This document shows positions 1 to 9,881 of a DNA stretch of 32,000 nucleotides, piece after piece. The DNA is from Salmonella phage EH4. A program made the translations under genes and the position numbers. The first letter of the stretch is position 1; each line of letters opens with the position of its first letter. Location of the stretch: the sequence record OR413345.1; one strand, given 5' to 3'. The notes beneath the pieces were generated by a model. That model did no database searches. It saw nothing but the letters and a program-made list of their open reading frames with translations, and was not told the origin of the DNA.

Positions 1-1
1 A

Positions 2-346
2 CTTGGATTTGAACTTGATGAAACTAAATTACAAGTAGTAATCTTCAATGATGGAAACCGCACCAGTATGGAGAACTGCTCTACTGGTCAGCAAAGTAGA
101 ATTAACCTAGCAACTCTGTTAGCTATTCGAATGCTGTTAACATCTATTAGTAAAGTTAATATTAATCTTCTGTTCCTTGACGAAGTTATTAGCTTTATTG
201 ATACGAAAGGACTTGATACTCTCGTTGAATTATTAAATGAGGAAGATAGTCTGAATTCTATCATTGTTTCTCATGGGCATACGCATCCATTAGCCCATAA
301 GATTACTGTTAAAAAAGATGCAGAAGGATTTTCCTACTTAGAATAA
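2..346 (+). CDS. SbcC/gp46-like recombination nuclease ATPase subunit (T5 D13-like), C-terminal fragment running off the left edge
   Basis: The frame is open from base 2 (LGFELDETKLQVVIFNDGNRTS-MENCSTGQQSR...). It has an ABC-type signature 'STGQQSRINLA' and Walker B 'LLFLDEV', followed by 'SIIVSHGH'. The ORF track start at 68 is probably an internal Met. Confidence 0.85.
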   Translation, partial: LGFELDETKLQVVIFNDGNRTSMENCSTGQQSRINLATLLAIRMLLTSISKVNINLLFLDEVISFIDTKGLDTLVELLNEEDSLNSIIVSHGHTHPLAHKITVKKDAEGFSYLE

Positions 347-349
347 AAC

Positions 350-832
350 ATGGCCGTAGATAGTAGAGAGAAAGGTAAACGTGGTGAATATCAGGTAAGA
401 GATATACTGCGTGAACGTACAGGTCTTGAGTGGGAACGTGTTCCAGGCTCTGGTGCTTTTGTCCAGAGCCATGGACTGAAGGGCGACATCTACCTTCCAC
501 CACAAAGCGGACACATTAGTAAATACTGCTTCGAAGTTAAGTGGTATAAAGATGATAACATATCAAGTAATTTATTTAACGTTGGTGAATCCACTCTAGA
601 GAAGTGGTGGCAGCAGTGTTCCCGTGAAGGTGAACAGATGAACTCCAAACCAGCCTTAATATTCAAGAAAGACAGAGGACAGTGGTTAATTGCTTTGGAT
701 AGCTCAGACCCGATGGTGGACAACTTAATGAGTCGTACCCATATGGTGTTAAATAAGAAAGACATGGAAATCGTAATCGGGTTATTTGAACCGTGGTTAC
801 ATCACGCATCTGTTGAGGACTTAATTAAATAA
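350..832 (+). CDS. T5 D14-like nuclease / Holliday-junction resolvase-like protein
   Basis: 160 aa ORF with the resolvase-like pattern 'KGKRGEYQVRDIL...GAFVQSHGLKGDIY...FEVKWYK'. It sits between the D13-like and D15-like genes as in T5. Confidence 0.65.
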   Translation: MAVDSREKGKRGEYQVRDILRERTGLEWERVPGSGAFVQSHGLKGDIYLPPQSGHISKYCFEVKWYKDDNISSNLFNVGESTLEKWWQQCSREGEQMNSKPALIFKKDRGQWLIALDSSDPMVDNLMSRTHMVLNKKDMEIVIGLFEPWLHHASVEDLIK

Positions 833-1707
833 TGAGTAAATCCTGGGGAAAATTTATTGAAGAGGAAGAAGCTGAGCTGGCTTCTCGTCGCAACCTAATG
901 ATTGTTGACGGAACTAACTTAGGCTTCCGCTTCAAACATAATAATAGTAAGAAACCTTTTGCTTCTAGTTATGTATCAACGATTCAATCTTTGGCGAAAT
1001 CTTATTCTGCTAGAACTACAATTGTTCTTGGCGATAAAGGAAAGTCTGTATTCCGTTTAGAGCATCTTCCTGATTATAAGGGCAACCGTGATGAAAAGTA
1101 TGCTCAACGTACAGAAGAAGAGAAAGCACTAGATGAACAGTTCTTTGAATACCTTCGTGATGCTTTCGAGTTGTGTGAAACCACATTCCCAACCTTCACT
1201 ATTCGTGGCGTAGAAGCAGATGATATGGCAGCTTATATTGTTAAGCTCATTGGTCATTTATATGATCACGTTTGGCTGATCTCTACTGATGGTGACTGGG
1301 ATACTCTATTAACTGATCGAGTTTCTCGCTTCTCCTTCACCACACGTCGTGAGTACCATCTTCGTGATATGTATGAACATCATAACGTTGACGATGTAGA
1401 TCAGTTTATCTCTTTGAAAGCAATTATGGGAGATCTTGGTGATAACATCCGTGGTGTTGAAGGCATCGGTGCAAAACGTGGTTATAATATTATCCGTGAA
1501 TTTGGTAATGTTCTGGATATTATTGATCAACTCCCTCTGCCTGGGAAACAGAAATATATACAGAATCTGAACGCATCGGAGGAGTTGCTTTTCCGAAATC
1601 TGATTCTGGTTGATTTACCGACCTATTGTGTAGATGCTATTGCTGCTGTGGGTCAAGACGTATTAGATAAGTTTACTAAAGATATTTTGGAGATCGCAGG
1701 ACAATGA
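832..1707 (+). CDS. D15: 5'-3' exonuclease / flap endonuclease (T5 D15-like)
   Basis: 291 aa with PIN/FEN motifs 'LMIVDGTNLGFRFKHN', 'VEADDMAAYIV', 'ISTDGDWDTLL' and the helix-hairpin-helix region 'MGDLGDNIRGVEGIGAKRGYNIIREFG'. Very similar to remembered T5 FEN. Confidence 0.96.
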   Translation: MSKSWGKFIEEEEAELASRRNLMIVDGTNLGFRFKHNNSKKPFASSYVSTIQSLAKSYSARTTIVLGDKGKSVFRLEHLPDYKGNRDEKYAQRTEEEKALDEQFFEYLRDAFELCETTFPTFTIRGVEADDMAAYIVKLIGHLYDHVWLISTDGDWDTLLTDRVSRFSFTTRREYHLRDMYEHHNVDDVDQFISLKAIMGDLGDNIRGVEGIGAKRGYNIIREFGNVLDIIDQLPLPGKQKYIQNLNASEELLFRNLILVDLPTYCVDAIAAVGQDVLDKFTKDILEIAGQ

Positions 1708-2150
1708 TTAAAATTAAACTAACTCATCCAGATTGCATGCCGAGGATTGGTTCTGATGATGCCGCAGGTATGGATCTGCGTGCATTCTTTGGTACTAACC
1801 TTGCGGCAGATTTACGTGCTATTGCACCAGGCAAATCCCTTATGATTGACACCGGTGTCGCGGTGGAAATTCCGCGAGGTTGGTTTGGTTTGGTAGTTCC
1901 TCGCAGCTCTTTAGGTAAGCGTAAACTAATGATCGCAAATACCGCAGGAGTGATCGACTCAGACTACCGTGGTACTATTAAGATGAACCTGTTTAACTAC
2001 GGTTCTGAAATGCAAACTCTGGAGAATTTCGAGAGACTTTGTCAGCTAGTGGTACTACCACACTACTCAACCCATCATTTTGAAATCGTTGACGAACTAG
2101 AGGAGACTGATCGTGGAGAAGGCGGCTTTGGAAGCTCAGGAAGTAAGTAA
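1704..2150 (+). CDS. dut: dUTP diphosphatase
   Basis: 148 aa with trimeric dUTPase motifs 'DAAGMDLRAF', 'PRSSLGKRKLMIANTAGVIDSDYRGTIKMNL', 'RLCQLVVLP' and C-terminal 'RGEGGFGSSG'. Confidence 0.96.
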   Translation: MIKIKLTHPDCMPRIGSDDAAGMDLRAFFGTNLAADLRAIAPGKSLMIDTGVAVEIPRGWFGLVVPRSSLGKRKLMIANTAGVIDSDYRGTIKMNLFNYGSEMQTLENFERLCQLVVLPHYSTHHFEIVDELEETDRGEGGFGSSGSK

Positions 2151-2379
2151 TTTTGTTGACCCTAATACGGTAGGATTAGATATAGACCAATCTAATTTTT
2201 ACAAGATTGACGTTAAATACGTTGAACCTGAGAAAATAGTACTGAGAGTTGATGTATCGGGTGCAGTAGAACAGTGGGATGAAGAATGGTTTATCGCACT
2301 TTGCACTGAATCTCAAGATCCTATGCTTAAAGCCATGCTAGCAGTATATAACTTAGGTATTATTGCAGGTAGTAGATAA
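2113..2379 (+). CDS. Hypothetical protein, 88 aa, GTG start overlapping the 3' end of dut
   Basis: The start codon is GTG at 2113, with AGGAG at 2101-2105 and 7-nt spacing. The ORF ends just before the terminator hairpin. Confidence 0.65.
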   Translation: MEKAALEAQEVSNFVDPNTVGLDIDQSNFYKIDVKYVEPEKIVLRVDVSGAVEQWDEEWFIALCTESQDPMLKAMLAVYNLGIIAGSR

Positions 2380-2383
2380 TAAT

Positions 2384-2412
2384 AAACCCCAGTGGATTGT
2401 CCACTGGGGTTT
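2384..2412. terminator. Bidirectional intrinsic terminator between convergent early/middle and late transcription units
   Basis: 13-bp perfect stem AAACCCCAGTGGA / TCCACTGGGGTTT with loop TTG, A-rich on one side and T-rich on the other. It sits between the + strand gene ending at 2379 and the - strand gene ending at 2417. Confidence 0.9.
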
Positions 2413-2416
2413 TCTT

Positions 2417-4294
2417 TTACTTAGTGAGTAGTTGATTGACAAGTTCTTTCAACTCTTCTATCTCTTTTTGCTGTGCTTGAATAGCCTGAGACATTTTAGC
2501 CATTATTGCAACCGTATCTAGTTCATAAGCTCCTTTAGGGTTATTTTCATCAAAACCTTTGGTTAATCCTACGCCTTTGACACACTCTGGACTTATAGTT
2601 ACAAGATCGTTTGCAATCCAACCAGTTTTCATCTCCGACTCAGGTAGCATACCTCTCTTCTTGTACCTAAAGTCAGCTATCTTCCACTGCATTACTTGTT
2701 TAAGGGCAACCTCATTATCCGTACGATAAGTTATGTCTTTCTTTAGTAACTTATCAGATACTGGTGCTGTTTGTATATTACCAAAGTTAGAACTATCAAT
2801 CCACAGCTGTGCAGCTCCTCCAGAATAGTCAATGCTATAACTATAAAGTTGTGGATCTCCTAGAAGTCCAGGCTTACATATAACACCACCGCTAGGATAT
2901 AGAACAGTCTTTCTATTATTAGAGACACTCAAAGCGTTAACTACTACTCGTGATGTCCCATCTACGAAGTTAGCCATACTCCCCGCTAATGTAGCGCCTT
3001 CAGCTCCTTTTACTGTCTCAAGAACTATTCTATTTGAGAAAGTAGGATCTCCACCTCTATCTAGTATAATACCATCAAATGATAAAGCTCTCAGAGTGTT
3101 AAAAGAAGCTACCCCACCAGAAGAGAATTTATACCCGCCATAGCGAATAATATGACCTTGTGCATCAGCTAACGCAACGTTGAGATTAGCAACTGTATCA
3201 GGTTCACCCCACTTATACTCAGGAACTAAACTAGTAATAACACGCTGTACCCCAGCAATATTATGAGAGCTTTCTAGTAATCCCCCTCTTAATATTGTAC
3301 TTGTACTTGTAGGCTCAGAAAGAGTATTAACTATCCAACGTACTACCCCATTAGCAGGGGTCCATTCTGCAATATTAGGAATTCCTAATTTAGTTATAGC
3401 ACCTGCAGCCGTAGTTGCTCCAGTACCACCATTAGTTACTGGGACAGTTGATTGCAGATTAAACTGTTCTTGCCAACCTTTCCAGTTACCTGTACCATCT
3501 AGAACGTTAATCCATGAACTACCTGATAATCCAACAGCCTTTAAAACACCATACTGTGCAGCACCGTTAATATCTACCCCATGACAGTGGAAATTATACG
3601 TCCACCAACCTTCTTTAACAGGAGGTATATGTGTAACTAAATCCCCGGAAGAGTAGTATCCGCTTTGACCTGCAATAGCAATATAGTCTAAGACATTACT
3701 ATTTGCCGGAATTATCTCCGCATTAGCCCCAACAGGGATATTTAGATTTTTCCTTGCGTTCTTAGGATTTAAAGCACCAGTACCTCCACTACTAATCCCT
3801 AGTGCAATTTCTTGGCCTGTTTCAGGGTTATAGGCCCCCCACATGGAATCAGATATTCTAAGTATCTTTTTCCTGTCTGGACTAAACATTCTAGTATCTA
3901 CAGCAGTCATTTCAAAAGCCGTAAGACCTAGATTCTTTCTAGCTCCAGCAACATCAGTAGCGCCAGTACCACCCTGAGCAATAGTTATAGCTTTTGTAAG
4001 TGCATTTAGTTCAGTAATATCATTATTAGCACCTTTAGCTGCTTTAGTACCTAGAGTAGTATTAATTCCTCCAAGAGCAGTGTTAATATTACCAATAGAT
4101 TCATTAATACTATTGATAGATGCATCAGTAGCAGCCTTATCAACAGCATATTTAGACAATTGAAGGTATTTAGAAGTTAGTACAACAGCACCAGCTTCTC
4201 CATCAACAGAGAAAACGCCGGCAACTGCGGCGTCTCTATTAACTACAACATAGGGGGCCATAGCCCCACTTTTTGGCATTAAATTACGTGACAT
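2417..4294 (-). CDS. ltfB: Lateral (L-shaped) tail fibre subunit, ltfB-like, with C-terminal peptidase S74-type intramolecular chaperone
   Basis: 625 aa with repeated 'GGTGAT(D/T)AAGA..NLG' fibre motifs. The C-terminus 'SDKLLKKDITYRTDNEVALKQVMQWKIADFRYKK...GWIANDL...VDTVAIMAKMSQAIQAQQKEIEELK'-type region resembles an S74/endosialidase chaperone. It lies downstream of the ltfA-like gene as in DT57C-type phages. Confidence 0.8.
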   Translation of the reverse strand: MSRNLMPKSGAMAPYVVVNRDAAVAGVFSVDGEAGAVVLTSKYLQLSKYAVDKAATDASINSINESIGNINTALGGINTTLGTKAAKGANNDITELNALTKAITIAQGGTGATDVAGARKNLGLTAFEMTAVDTRMFSPDRKKILRISDSMWGAYNPETGQEIALGISSGGTGALNPKNARKNLNIPVGANAEIIPANSNVLDYIAIAGQSGYYSSGDLVTHIPPVKEGWWTYNFHCHGVDINGAAQYGVLKAVGLSGSSWINVLDGTGNWKGWQEQFNLQSTVPVTNGGTGATTAAGAITKLGIPNIAEWTPANGVVRWIVNTLSEPTSTSTILRGGLLESSHNIAGVQRVITSLVPEYKWGEPDTVANLNVALADAQGHIIRYGGYKFSSGGVASFNTLRALSFDGIILDRGGDPTFSNRIVLETVKGAEGATLAGSMANFVDGTSRVVVNALSVSNNRKTVLYPSGGVICKPGLLGDPQLYSYSIDYSGGAAQLWIDSSNFGNIQTAPVSDKLLKKDITYRTDNEVALKQVMQWKIADFRYKKRGMLPESEMKTGWIANDLVTISPECVKGVGLTKGFDENNPKGAYELDTVAIMAKMSQAIQAQQKEIEELKELVNQLLTK

Positions 4295-4311
4295 TAACTA
4301 GTACCTTTATA

Positions 4312-4327
4312 AGGGGCCTAGGCCCCT
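4312..4327. repeat. 16-bp perfect palindrome AGGGGCCTAGGCCCCT between the two tail fibre genes
   Basis: Read directly from the sequence. It lies 18 nt upstream of the ltfB-like ATG (4294), within the ltfA-ltfB intergenic gap. Confidence 0.9.
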
Positions 4328-4336
4328 ACTGTATTA

Positions 4337-7300
4337 TCATAGTGGCGTTAAAGATGTAACAGCTTGCTTAAGTTGTTCTAACTCTTGCTCCAGTTTATTC
4401 ATCTTATTACCCATATAAACCATTGCACACGCCATATCTGTTAGAATAACATTACTATCAAGAGCAAGTGTGTCATCTGCTCTATCAGTTTCTATTTGTC
4501 TATCAACATATTCATTACCTTCTTCATCTACTCCAATAACGTCCTCAAAAACTGGAGAGCCAGGTACGATTTTTACATATTGAAGATCTATTTTTGCAAG
4601 ATCCTGGGCAATCAAACCATATCTTTGAGTATTACCCCACTTATATTTAAACATAGTAGGTAGCCACTGCATAACACGGTCATAACTTTCCTTTCCATCT
4701 GTGTAAACAATTTCTTTCTTTAAGTCACGGTCTGAAGTTGGGTTTTTTGCAAAATCATAACCAACCCCCCACATATCGCCGGGAGCATTTGCCCATGTTC
4801 CTAAACTACCATCTACGTTAAACTCAAATCCTCTATGTTTATCGGTATCACCTAACAGCTTGAGTATTGTCCTGGACCATCCAGTGGCGCCCGGGGATAA
4901 CATACCAATTGCGAAACGTATGTTATAACCGTTTGGAGTTGAAGTGCCTCCCGCGACTACCGGACTGAATGATCCGTTGTTATTTACAGTGGAGATAGTG
5001 TTATAAGGAATTGCATTTCCTGATTGTGATGCTTCTATACCCCATCCATGATTATTGTAAAGAGCACCTGCATTGACCGCCCTGGTTTGTAAGTAACCTT
5101 GCGGGTAGAAATCGAAATCTTGACTATCAATACCAGGGCTATGTACACGGATACGATGACACTTAATTTTATCACTTCCAGATCTAACAGCCCCGGATAA
5201 TGACATATCATTATACCAGTTATACCTAGTAAAGTTAGCCCAATCATCCAAAGGAACATTAGACCCAGCATAAAGTTGAAGATTGTTTTGTTCACCACCT
5301 TCCATTGTAAAACTATAATTAGCACCAATTTTTATTTTCTGAGCACTAAACTCCCCATTTTCATCAAACTGGTAAAAACTAGTATTTCCGTTTTCCCTTG
5401 TTGTTCTAATTGTTGTCTTTGCAATGCTACCCTGCAGCTCATTATAAATAGAGGAATACGAAATTAAGTTTCTAGAAGCATCGTGGTTCCTCATATAAAA
5501 CAGCCCAGAATTGAATCCATTATATAAGCTAGCGGCAACCTGAGCAAAGGTAGGTGTATTAACTTCGCCTAATTCTATGTTAGCCCTTGCACCTGCTGCA
5601 TTCGTCGCCCCTGTACCGCCATTATTAATAGCTAGAATTCCTTGGGTATCATTATTTAAATCAGGCTTATTTGCAGAACCATATAGAATATTAGTATGGA
5701 TAGTAGGATTTTCACCGTCTAATTGATTATCATTTATAGTCCCGACAAAAACAATACCACTAGAGTATTGGGGGCAAATAAATGAGTGAGTATCCGCAGT
5801 TTTAGAATAAAATCCTGCAGAATATGACGGTAGTCCACCTATTCCTGTGTCATTTCTATAGTAGCCAGAACCAAAAGCTCTCATAGCTTTAAAAAGAGAT
5901 ACTAAATCAGGCTCGTTTAAAGTGAGTCCTGCACCACCTAAGCCAAAAGCACCACGAAGTAAAACCTCACCATTAATGCCATCCCAAACATTCTTAGTAA
6001 CAACGTTACCTAGAGAAATATTACCACTCTCGTCTGGGCGAATAGTTCCGTTAACCATTGCTACATAAGGAAGTTTAATAGCTCCGGTATCATCAGCAGG
6101 ACCAATTCCATTCACAGTAGTGATATAGGGAATTTGCTCTTTAATTGCGCCAGCATCTTCCTCTCCCTTAGTTGGAGCGCGGAATGCTTGCCCTTGCATC
6201 ATATCTGGTAAACGGAACGTCGTAGATCCATCACCAGTGGAGAAGTAAAGAGTTGCACCAGCTTGCCATTGTTCTTCAGTAACAGAAGGGATTAAGCCAG
6301 CCTCAATAGCTTCCCAAGTATCTGGATAGTCTACACGAAGAACTTCACGACCATCAGCAGGAAGAACACCAGGGTAGCCAACACCTGAATCTTTATCATA
6401 AGGGAACCAAGTAACTTCGCCCAACCATAAAGAGGGATTACCACCAGGAAGAGTAATCTGTACGTTACCTGCGTCATCTGCACGAACATTGTTAATAGAA
6501 ACTAGCTTTTGCTCTGTCTCTGCTAACTCTAGCACTGGAGCTTCAACCGTCCCAGCTACTTTATACCATCCATATTTTGAGTCAGTTTGGTTCCACACTA
6601 GGATCTTTTCACCTAGCACACGACTACTAACGTCAGTATCCGCTTCTTCTTTGGTCTTGTAGACTTTGATAAAGCCGGATATATCTTCTTTATCCAACTT
6701 ACTATCTACAATCTGAGCTGCGCGATCGGCTTCAGCCTTAGCACGATCTGCCTCGGTAGTAGCATCAATAGCTTTGTCCCCCGCTTCGGTAGCAGAACCA
6801 GCAGCATTAACTTCAGATTCCTTAGCATTTAATTCTGATTGCTTAGCAGCAGCAGCGTGTTCTCCAGCAGTTATAGCCGCAGCATCTGCTCCCTCTTTAG
6901 CTGTCTCAGCTCCAGCTTTTGCTGTCTCTGCAGCTGTCTGAGCTTGTTGAGCCGCAGTTTTAGCTTGTTCGGCAAGTCTACGACTAGTCTCCGCATTTTG
7001 AGCAGCAAGTTCAGCAGCATCTTTATAGGTGCCTGCTTCAGTAGCAGATGCTGCAGAGGCATCAGCACTATCTTTAGATAAACCAGCTTGTCTCTCTGCT
7101 TCGGTAGCAGATGCCGCAGATTGAGTTGCAGATGTTTCAGAAGAAGTAGCATAAATTGCAGCTAGGTTCTCCGAGTCCTTAGCATTTGTTTCAGATTCTT
7201 TTGCTGCAATCTCAGAATCTTTTGCTGCCGCAGCAGAAGCAGCAGAGGCTTCTACAGCAGCAGTTAGTTCACCAGCAGTAATAGAACTAATAGAATTACC

Positions 7301-7396
7301 TAAAACTACTGTATATTTAGGATACTTACTAGCAGTAGTTGTAGTGTCATCTATGTTCAGAATCTGCTGTACAATAATTTTAGTTTTAAGTGCCAT
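4337..7396 (-). CDS. ltfA: Lateral (L-shaped) tail fibre, virion-proximal subunit (T5 Ltf / DT57C LtfA-like), with C-terminal S74-type chaperone
   Basis: 1019 aa. The N-terminus '[49 protein letters not shown]' matches the T5 Ltf N-terminus, followed by Ala/Ser/Glu-rich coiled-coil repeats (AAKDSE, NAKESE). The C-terminus has 'SDRDLKKEIVYTDGKESYDRVMQWLPTMFKYKW...YGLIAQDL'. Confidence 0.9.
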   Translation of the reverse strand: MALKTKIIVQQILNIDDTTTTASKYPKYTVVLGNSISSITAGELTAAVEASAASAAAAKDSEIAAKESETNAKDSENLAAIYATSSETSATQSAASATEAERQAGLSKDSADASAASATEAGTYKDAAELAAQNAETSRRLAEQAKTAAQQAQTAAETAKAGAETAKEGADAAAITAGEHAAAAKQSELNAKESEVNAAGSATEAGDKAIDATTEADRAKAEADRAAQIVDSKLDKEDISGFIKVYKTKEEADTDVSSRVLGEKILVWNQTDSKYGWYKVAGTVEAPVLELAETEQKLVSINNVRADDAGNVQITLPGGNPSLWLGEVTWFPYDKDSGVGYPGVLPADGREVLRVDYPDTWEAIEAGLIPSVTEEQWQAGATLYFSTGDGSTTFRLPDMMQGQAFRAPTKGEEDAGAIKEQIPYITTVNGIGPADDTGAIKLPYVAMVNGTIRPDESGNISLGNVVTKNVWDGINGEVLLRGAFGLGGAGLTLNEPDLVSLFKAMRAFGSGYYRNDTGIGGLPSYSAGFYSKTADTHSFICPQYSSGIVFVGTINDNQLDGENPTIHTNILYGSANKPDLNNDTQGILAINNGGTGATNAAGARANIELGEVNTPTFAQVAASLYNGFNSGLFYMRNHDASRNLISYSSIYNELQGSIAKTTIRTTRENGNTSFYQFDENGEFSAQKIKIGANYSFTMEGGEQNNLQLYAGSNVPLDDWANFTRYNWYNDMSLSGAVRSGSDKIKCHRIRVHSPGIDSQDFDFYPQGYLQTRAVNAGALYNNHGWGIEASQSGNAIPYNTISTVNNNGSFSPVVAGGTSTPNGYNIRFAIGMLSPGATGWSRTILKLLGDTDKHRGFEFNVDGSLGTWANAPGDMWGVGYDFAKNPTSDRDLKKEIVYTDGKESYDRVMQWLPTMFKYKWGNTQRYGLIAQDLAKIDLQYVKIVPGSPVFEDVIGVDEEGNEYVDRQIETDRADDTLALDSNVILTDMACAMVYMGNKMNKLEQELEQLKQAVTSLTPL

Positions 7397-7818
7397 TATT
7401 GAGTTACTCCATCGCTGATGTATACTTTACCTTCCATAATACGGAAAGAACTGACTTCAGAGCCTATCACATCCCGAGTCATTAGGATATCATAATAACC
7501 AGCAAAACGTTGTCTTGGGCTATACTTATCACGTTCTTTAGATGCTTTTTCACCAATATTAGTAACGTCTGCAACAGAAAGACTAATTGCAGCAGCACCT
7601 TGAGCAGCATCAATAACACGAGTTTTAAAGTTAGCTAGAACCTCGGCGTTCTCATCTAAACTAGATTTAATAGTTCCTCGGAGTGAATATCCTGTTAAGT
7701 TAACAGGAACTTCTGTTGGTGGATATACACTATCATCAACATCCATAAATTGCATGATAAGACCATATGGTACTTTTTCATCAACAACAATATCAATAAC
7801 TCGGTTTTCTGTACTCAT
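7396..7818 (-). CDS. Baseplate/collar protein (T5 p132-like)
   Basis: 140 aa and overlaps the ltfA start. It matches the expected size and position of T5 p132. Confidence 0.7.
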   Translation of the reverse strand: MSTENRVIDIVVDEKVPYGLIMQFMDVDDSVYPPTEVPVNLTGYSLRGTIKSSLDENAEVLANFKTRVIDAAQGAAAISLSVADVTNIGEKASKERDKYSPRQRFAGYYDILMTRDVIGSEVSSFRIMEGKVYISDGVTQ

Positions 7819-7823
7819 TATAA

Positions 7824-9881
7824 TTACCTTATATGGATATACCCACTATTTAGGTCTATCTTCATCTTGTAGTATGCTTCAGGGTTCCCTGATAACGCAG
7901 CATTTCTATCATAGATTATATTAACACCGATTTGTGATAAGAAGGCATTTCCTGCCACAATCTTATCCGCAGTAACAGTTCCATTAACAATCATATTGCC
8001 ATGAAGAACCATTGCAGGGTTAATCCATCCAGCTCCGTTCCATTGACGGGTAAATGCTGTTTGCGGAGCATTACTGTTAAATTGTGTTAGAACATCATAC
8101 TTAACCGGAGGTTTTCCAAAGTTATTTTGGAAGAATGCGTTAGCTTGTCCATCATCCCAACCACCTAGTCCAGGAGTACCCATGGAGTACATCCCAGGAC
8201 CACGCTGTCCATCATGTCCTATAGTACCTTCAGTACCACTCCACTGAACTACATCAGACCAGCTAGTACCTTCAAGAAGTTTGTTAGTAACTGGATCAAG
8301 TGTACCTGTAGTCGCATAGATATTTTGTGTCATATCTGTACGGTTAGGTGGAGTTTTTGACCAACCAGGAGGCGGATAATCTTGTTCTAGCGGTTTGGCC
8401 GGTAAAGATGTTGCTAACTTATAAACAAATACTGTTTGCTTACCTTGTAAACCAGTTCCAATATCTACGTCACCATTTGGTGTTCCAATTACTACACCAC
8501 TAGAAATACGCAGAGTAGTGCCATCATAACGTATCCATTGTGTAGCATTACCAATGTCTAATTTAGCTTTGGCAGAGGTATTATCCATACCCATCCAAAT
8601 ACCAGAGTTATTATCCCCCCAGGATTTACCCTGAGTATAAATTGCTGGGTTATCTTTACCAGACAAGTTAGTCATGATAAAGTTCGCAGCATTAATATCT
8701 CTAGTAATTACTTTACCATCAACGTTAACAACACGGTTTATAGGGTCGAAAGAAATAGGTGCTTTACCTTCTTCATCGAGCAGACCAATGTTAATAGCAC
8801 CAGTAGCTGCATCAATTAGGAATGTTTGTCTCCAGATTTCCCCATCTTTCATGCTGCCTTTAATAAAGGCATAGTTAACATCAATACCCGTCTCATTGAC
8901 AAAACTATTATCTAGAGGAGTATCTTCATTCAGAATAAATGTTACAGGAGCTGACTCGGTTATATCTTGTTTATTTGGTCCCCAGGCAATTGATGATACC
9001 TTAAACGTATGTTCAACTCTCCATGGGAATGATATAATTGTTGCAGCTCTAGCAGCGCCCACGTTTATCTTTTGAGCTTTAGCCCAGCCAGTCTTAGCGT
9101 ATTCCTCGGAATTTATATAAGTAACCAAGAACTCACGAACGTTAGCACCAGCACCGCGTTCCCAATCCCACTCAATTCTAACATCATATCGTTCTTTACC
9201 ATCAGCAATTCGTGCAGCTTTAAAAACAATATCGATAGGTGCAGTAGGAGGAACAAAATTATAAGCTACAGTTAGAATATTAGGGAACTCATAGTAACCA
9301 GAAGAATCAACTGTAACACCATCAGGCATAGTTACTTGACCAGATATTCTGATCTTATAATCTCCTATAGGAACTCCACCAAATTTAATAGTAGAACCTA
9401 AAGCCCCAATGTAATACTTAGTCCAAGGACTATCTTCCGTGGCTGTACTTTTTAACTCAATAGTACAGTAACTTGCTTCACCAGTAGTTTCCACAACAAC
9501 TATCGGTGCGCCCACCCCAACATCCACTGGTTCTGACTCAGACCTTGCTGTAACAATTATTGGCTTCTCTTTTGTTTTAAAGTTAGTTTCATTAGAGAGG
9601 TTAATACCAATTTTTGCATTTAAAAGTTCTGAGTCAATAATTGAGTCATAAAAAGCTCCCTGAACCTGATAGGTAGTTGAGGGAGTTAAGTTATTGATCA
9701 TAACAAAGAAAGTGTCGATTCCAGTGAAATCTCTTCTATCCACTTCTTCGCCAAGTTTAAGCCAGAATGATCTACCGATAACATCGTAGTCGGTATAGAT
9801 AGAATGCTGGATATACGCCATAGTATATCCAGTCATAATACTATTTAAGACCATCTTGGCTGGTGCATTATTCGAAATCAT
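7824..9881 (-). CDS. Straight (central) tail fibre protein, pb4-like
   Basis: 685 aa with fibronectin-III-like segments and fibre-like '[20 protein letters not shown]' content. Size and synteny match T5 pb4. Confidence 0.85.
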   Translation of the reverse strand: MISNNAPAKMVLNSIMTGYTMAYIQHSIYTDYDVIGRSFWLKLGEEVDRRDFTGIDTFFVMINNLTPSTTYQVQGAFYDSIIDSELLNAKIGINLSNETNFKTKEKPIIVTARSESEPVDVGVGAPIVVVETTGEASYCTIELKSTATEDSPWTKYYIGALGSTIKFGGVPIGDYKIRISGQVTMPDGVTVDSSGYYEFPNILTVAYNFVPPTAPIDIVFKAARIADGKERYDVRIEWDWERGAGANVREFLVTYINSEEYAKTGWAKAQKINVGAARAATIISFPWRVEHTFKVSSIAWGPNKQDITESAPVTFILNEDTPLDNSFVNETGIDVNYAFIKGSMKDGEIWRQTFLIDAATGAINIGLLDEEGKAPISFDPINRVVNVDGKVITRDINAANFIMTNLSGKDNPAIYTQGKSWGDNNSGIWMGMDNTSAKAKLDIGNATQWIRYDGTTLRISSGVVIGTPNGDVDIGTGLQGKQTVFVYKLATSLPAKPLEQDYPPPGWSKTPPNRTDMTQNIYATTGTLDPVTNKLLEGTSWSDVVQWSGTEGTIGHDGQRGPGMYSMGTPGLGGWDDGQANAFFQNNFGKPPVKYDVLTQFNSNAPQTAFTRQWNGAGWINPAMVLHGNMIVNGTVTADKIVAGNAFLSQIGVNIIYDRNAALSGNPEAYYKMKIDLNSGYIHIR

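Noticed and set aside
6839-7152. Ser- and Leu-rich antisense ORFs (MLSSSSVFSSSYSR..., MLLLLKHLQLNLRHLL...)
   Set aside because: Shadow frames of the Ala/Glu/Ser coiled-coil repeats of the ltfA-like fibre, not genes.
2417-7396. Repeated GGTGAT(N/T/D)A.GAR.NL motifs considered as a DNA-level repeat array or diversity-generating (DGR) target
   Set aside because: They are typical phage tail-fibre protein repeats. No reverse transcriptase, template repeat or accessory DGR gene is present in the window.
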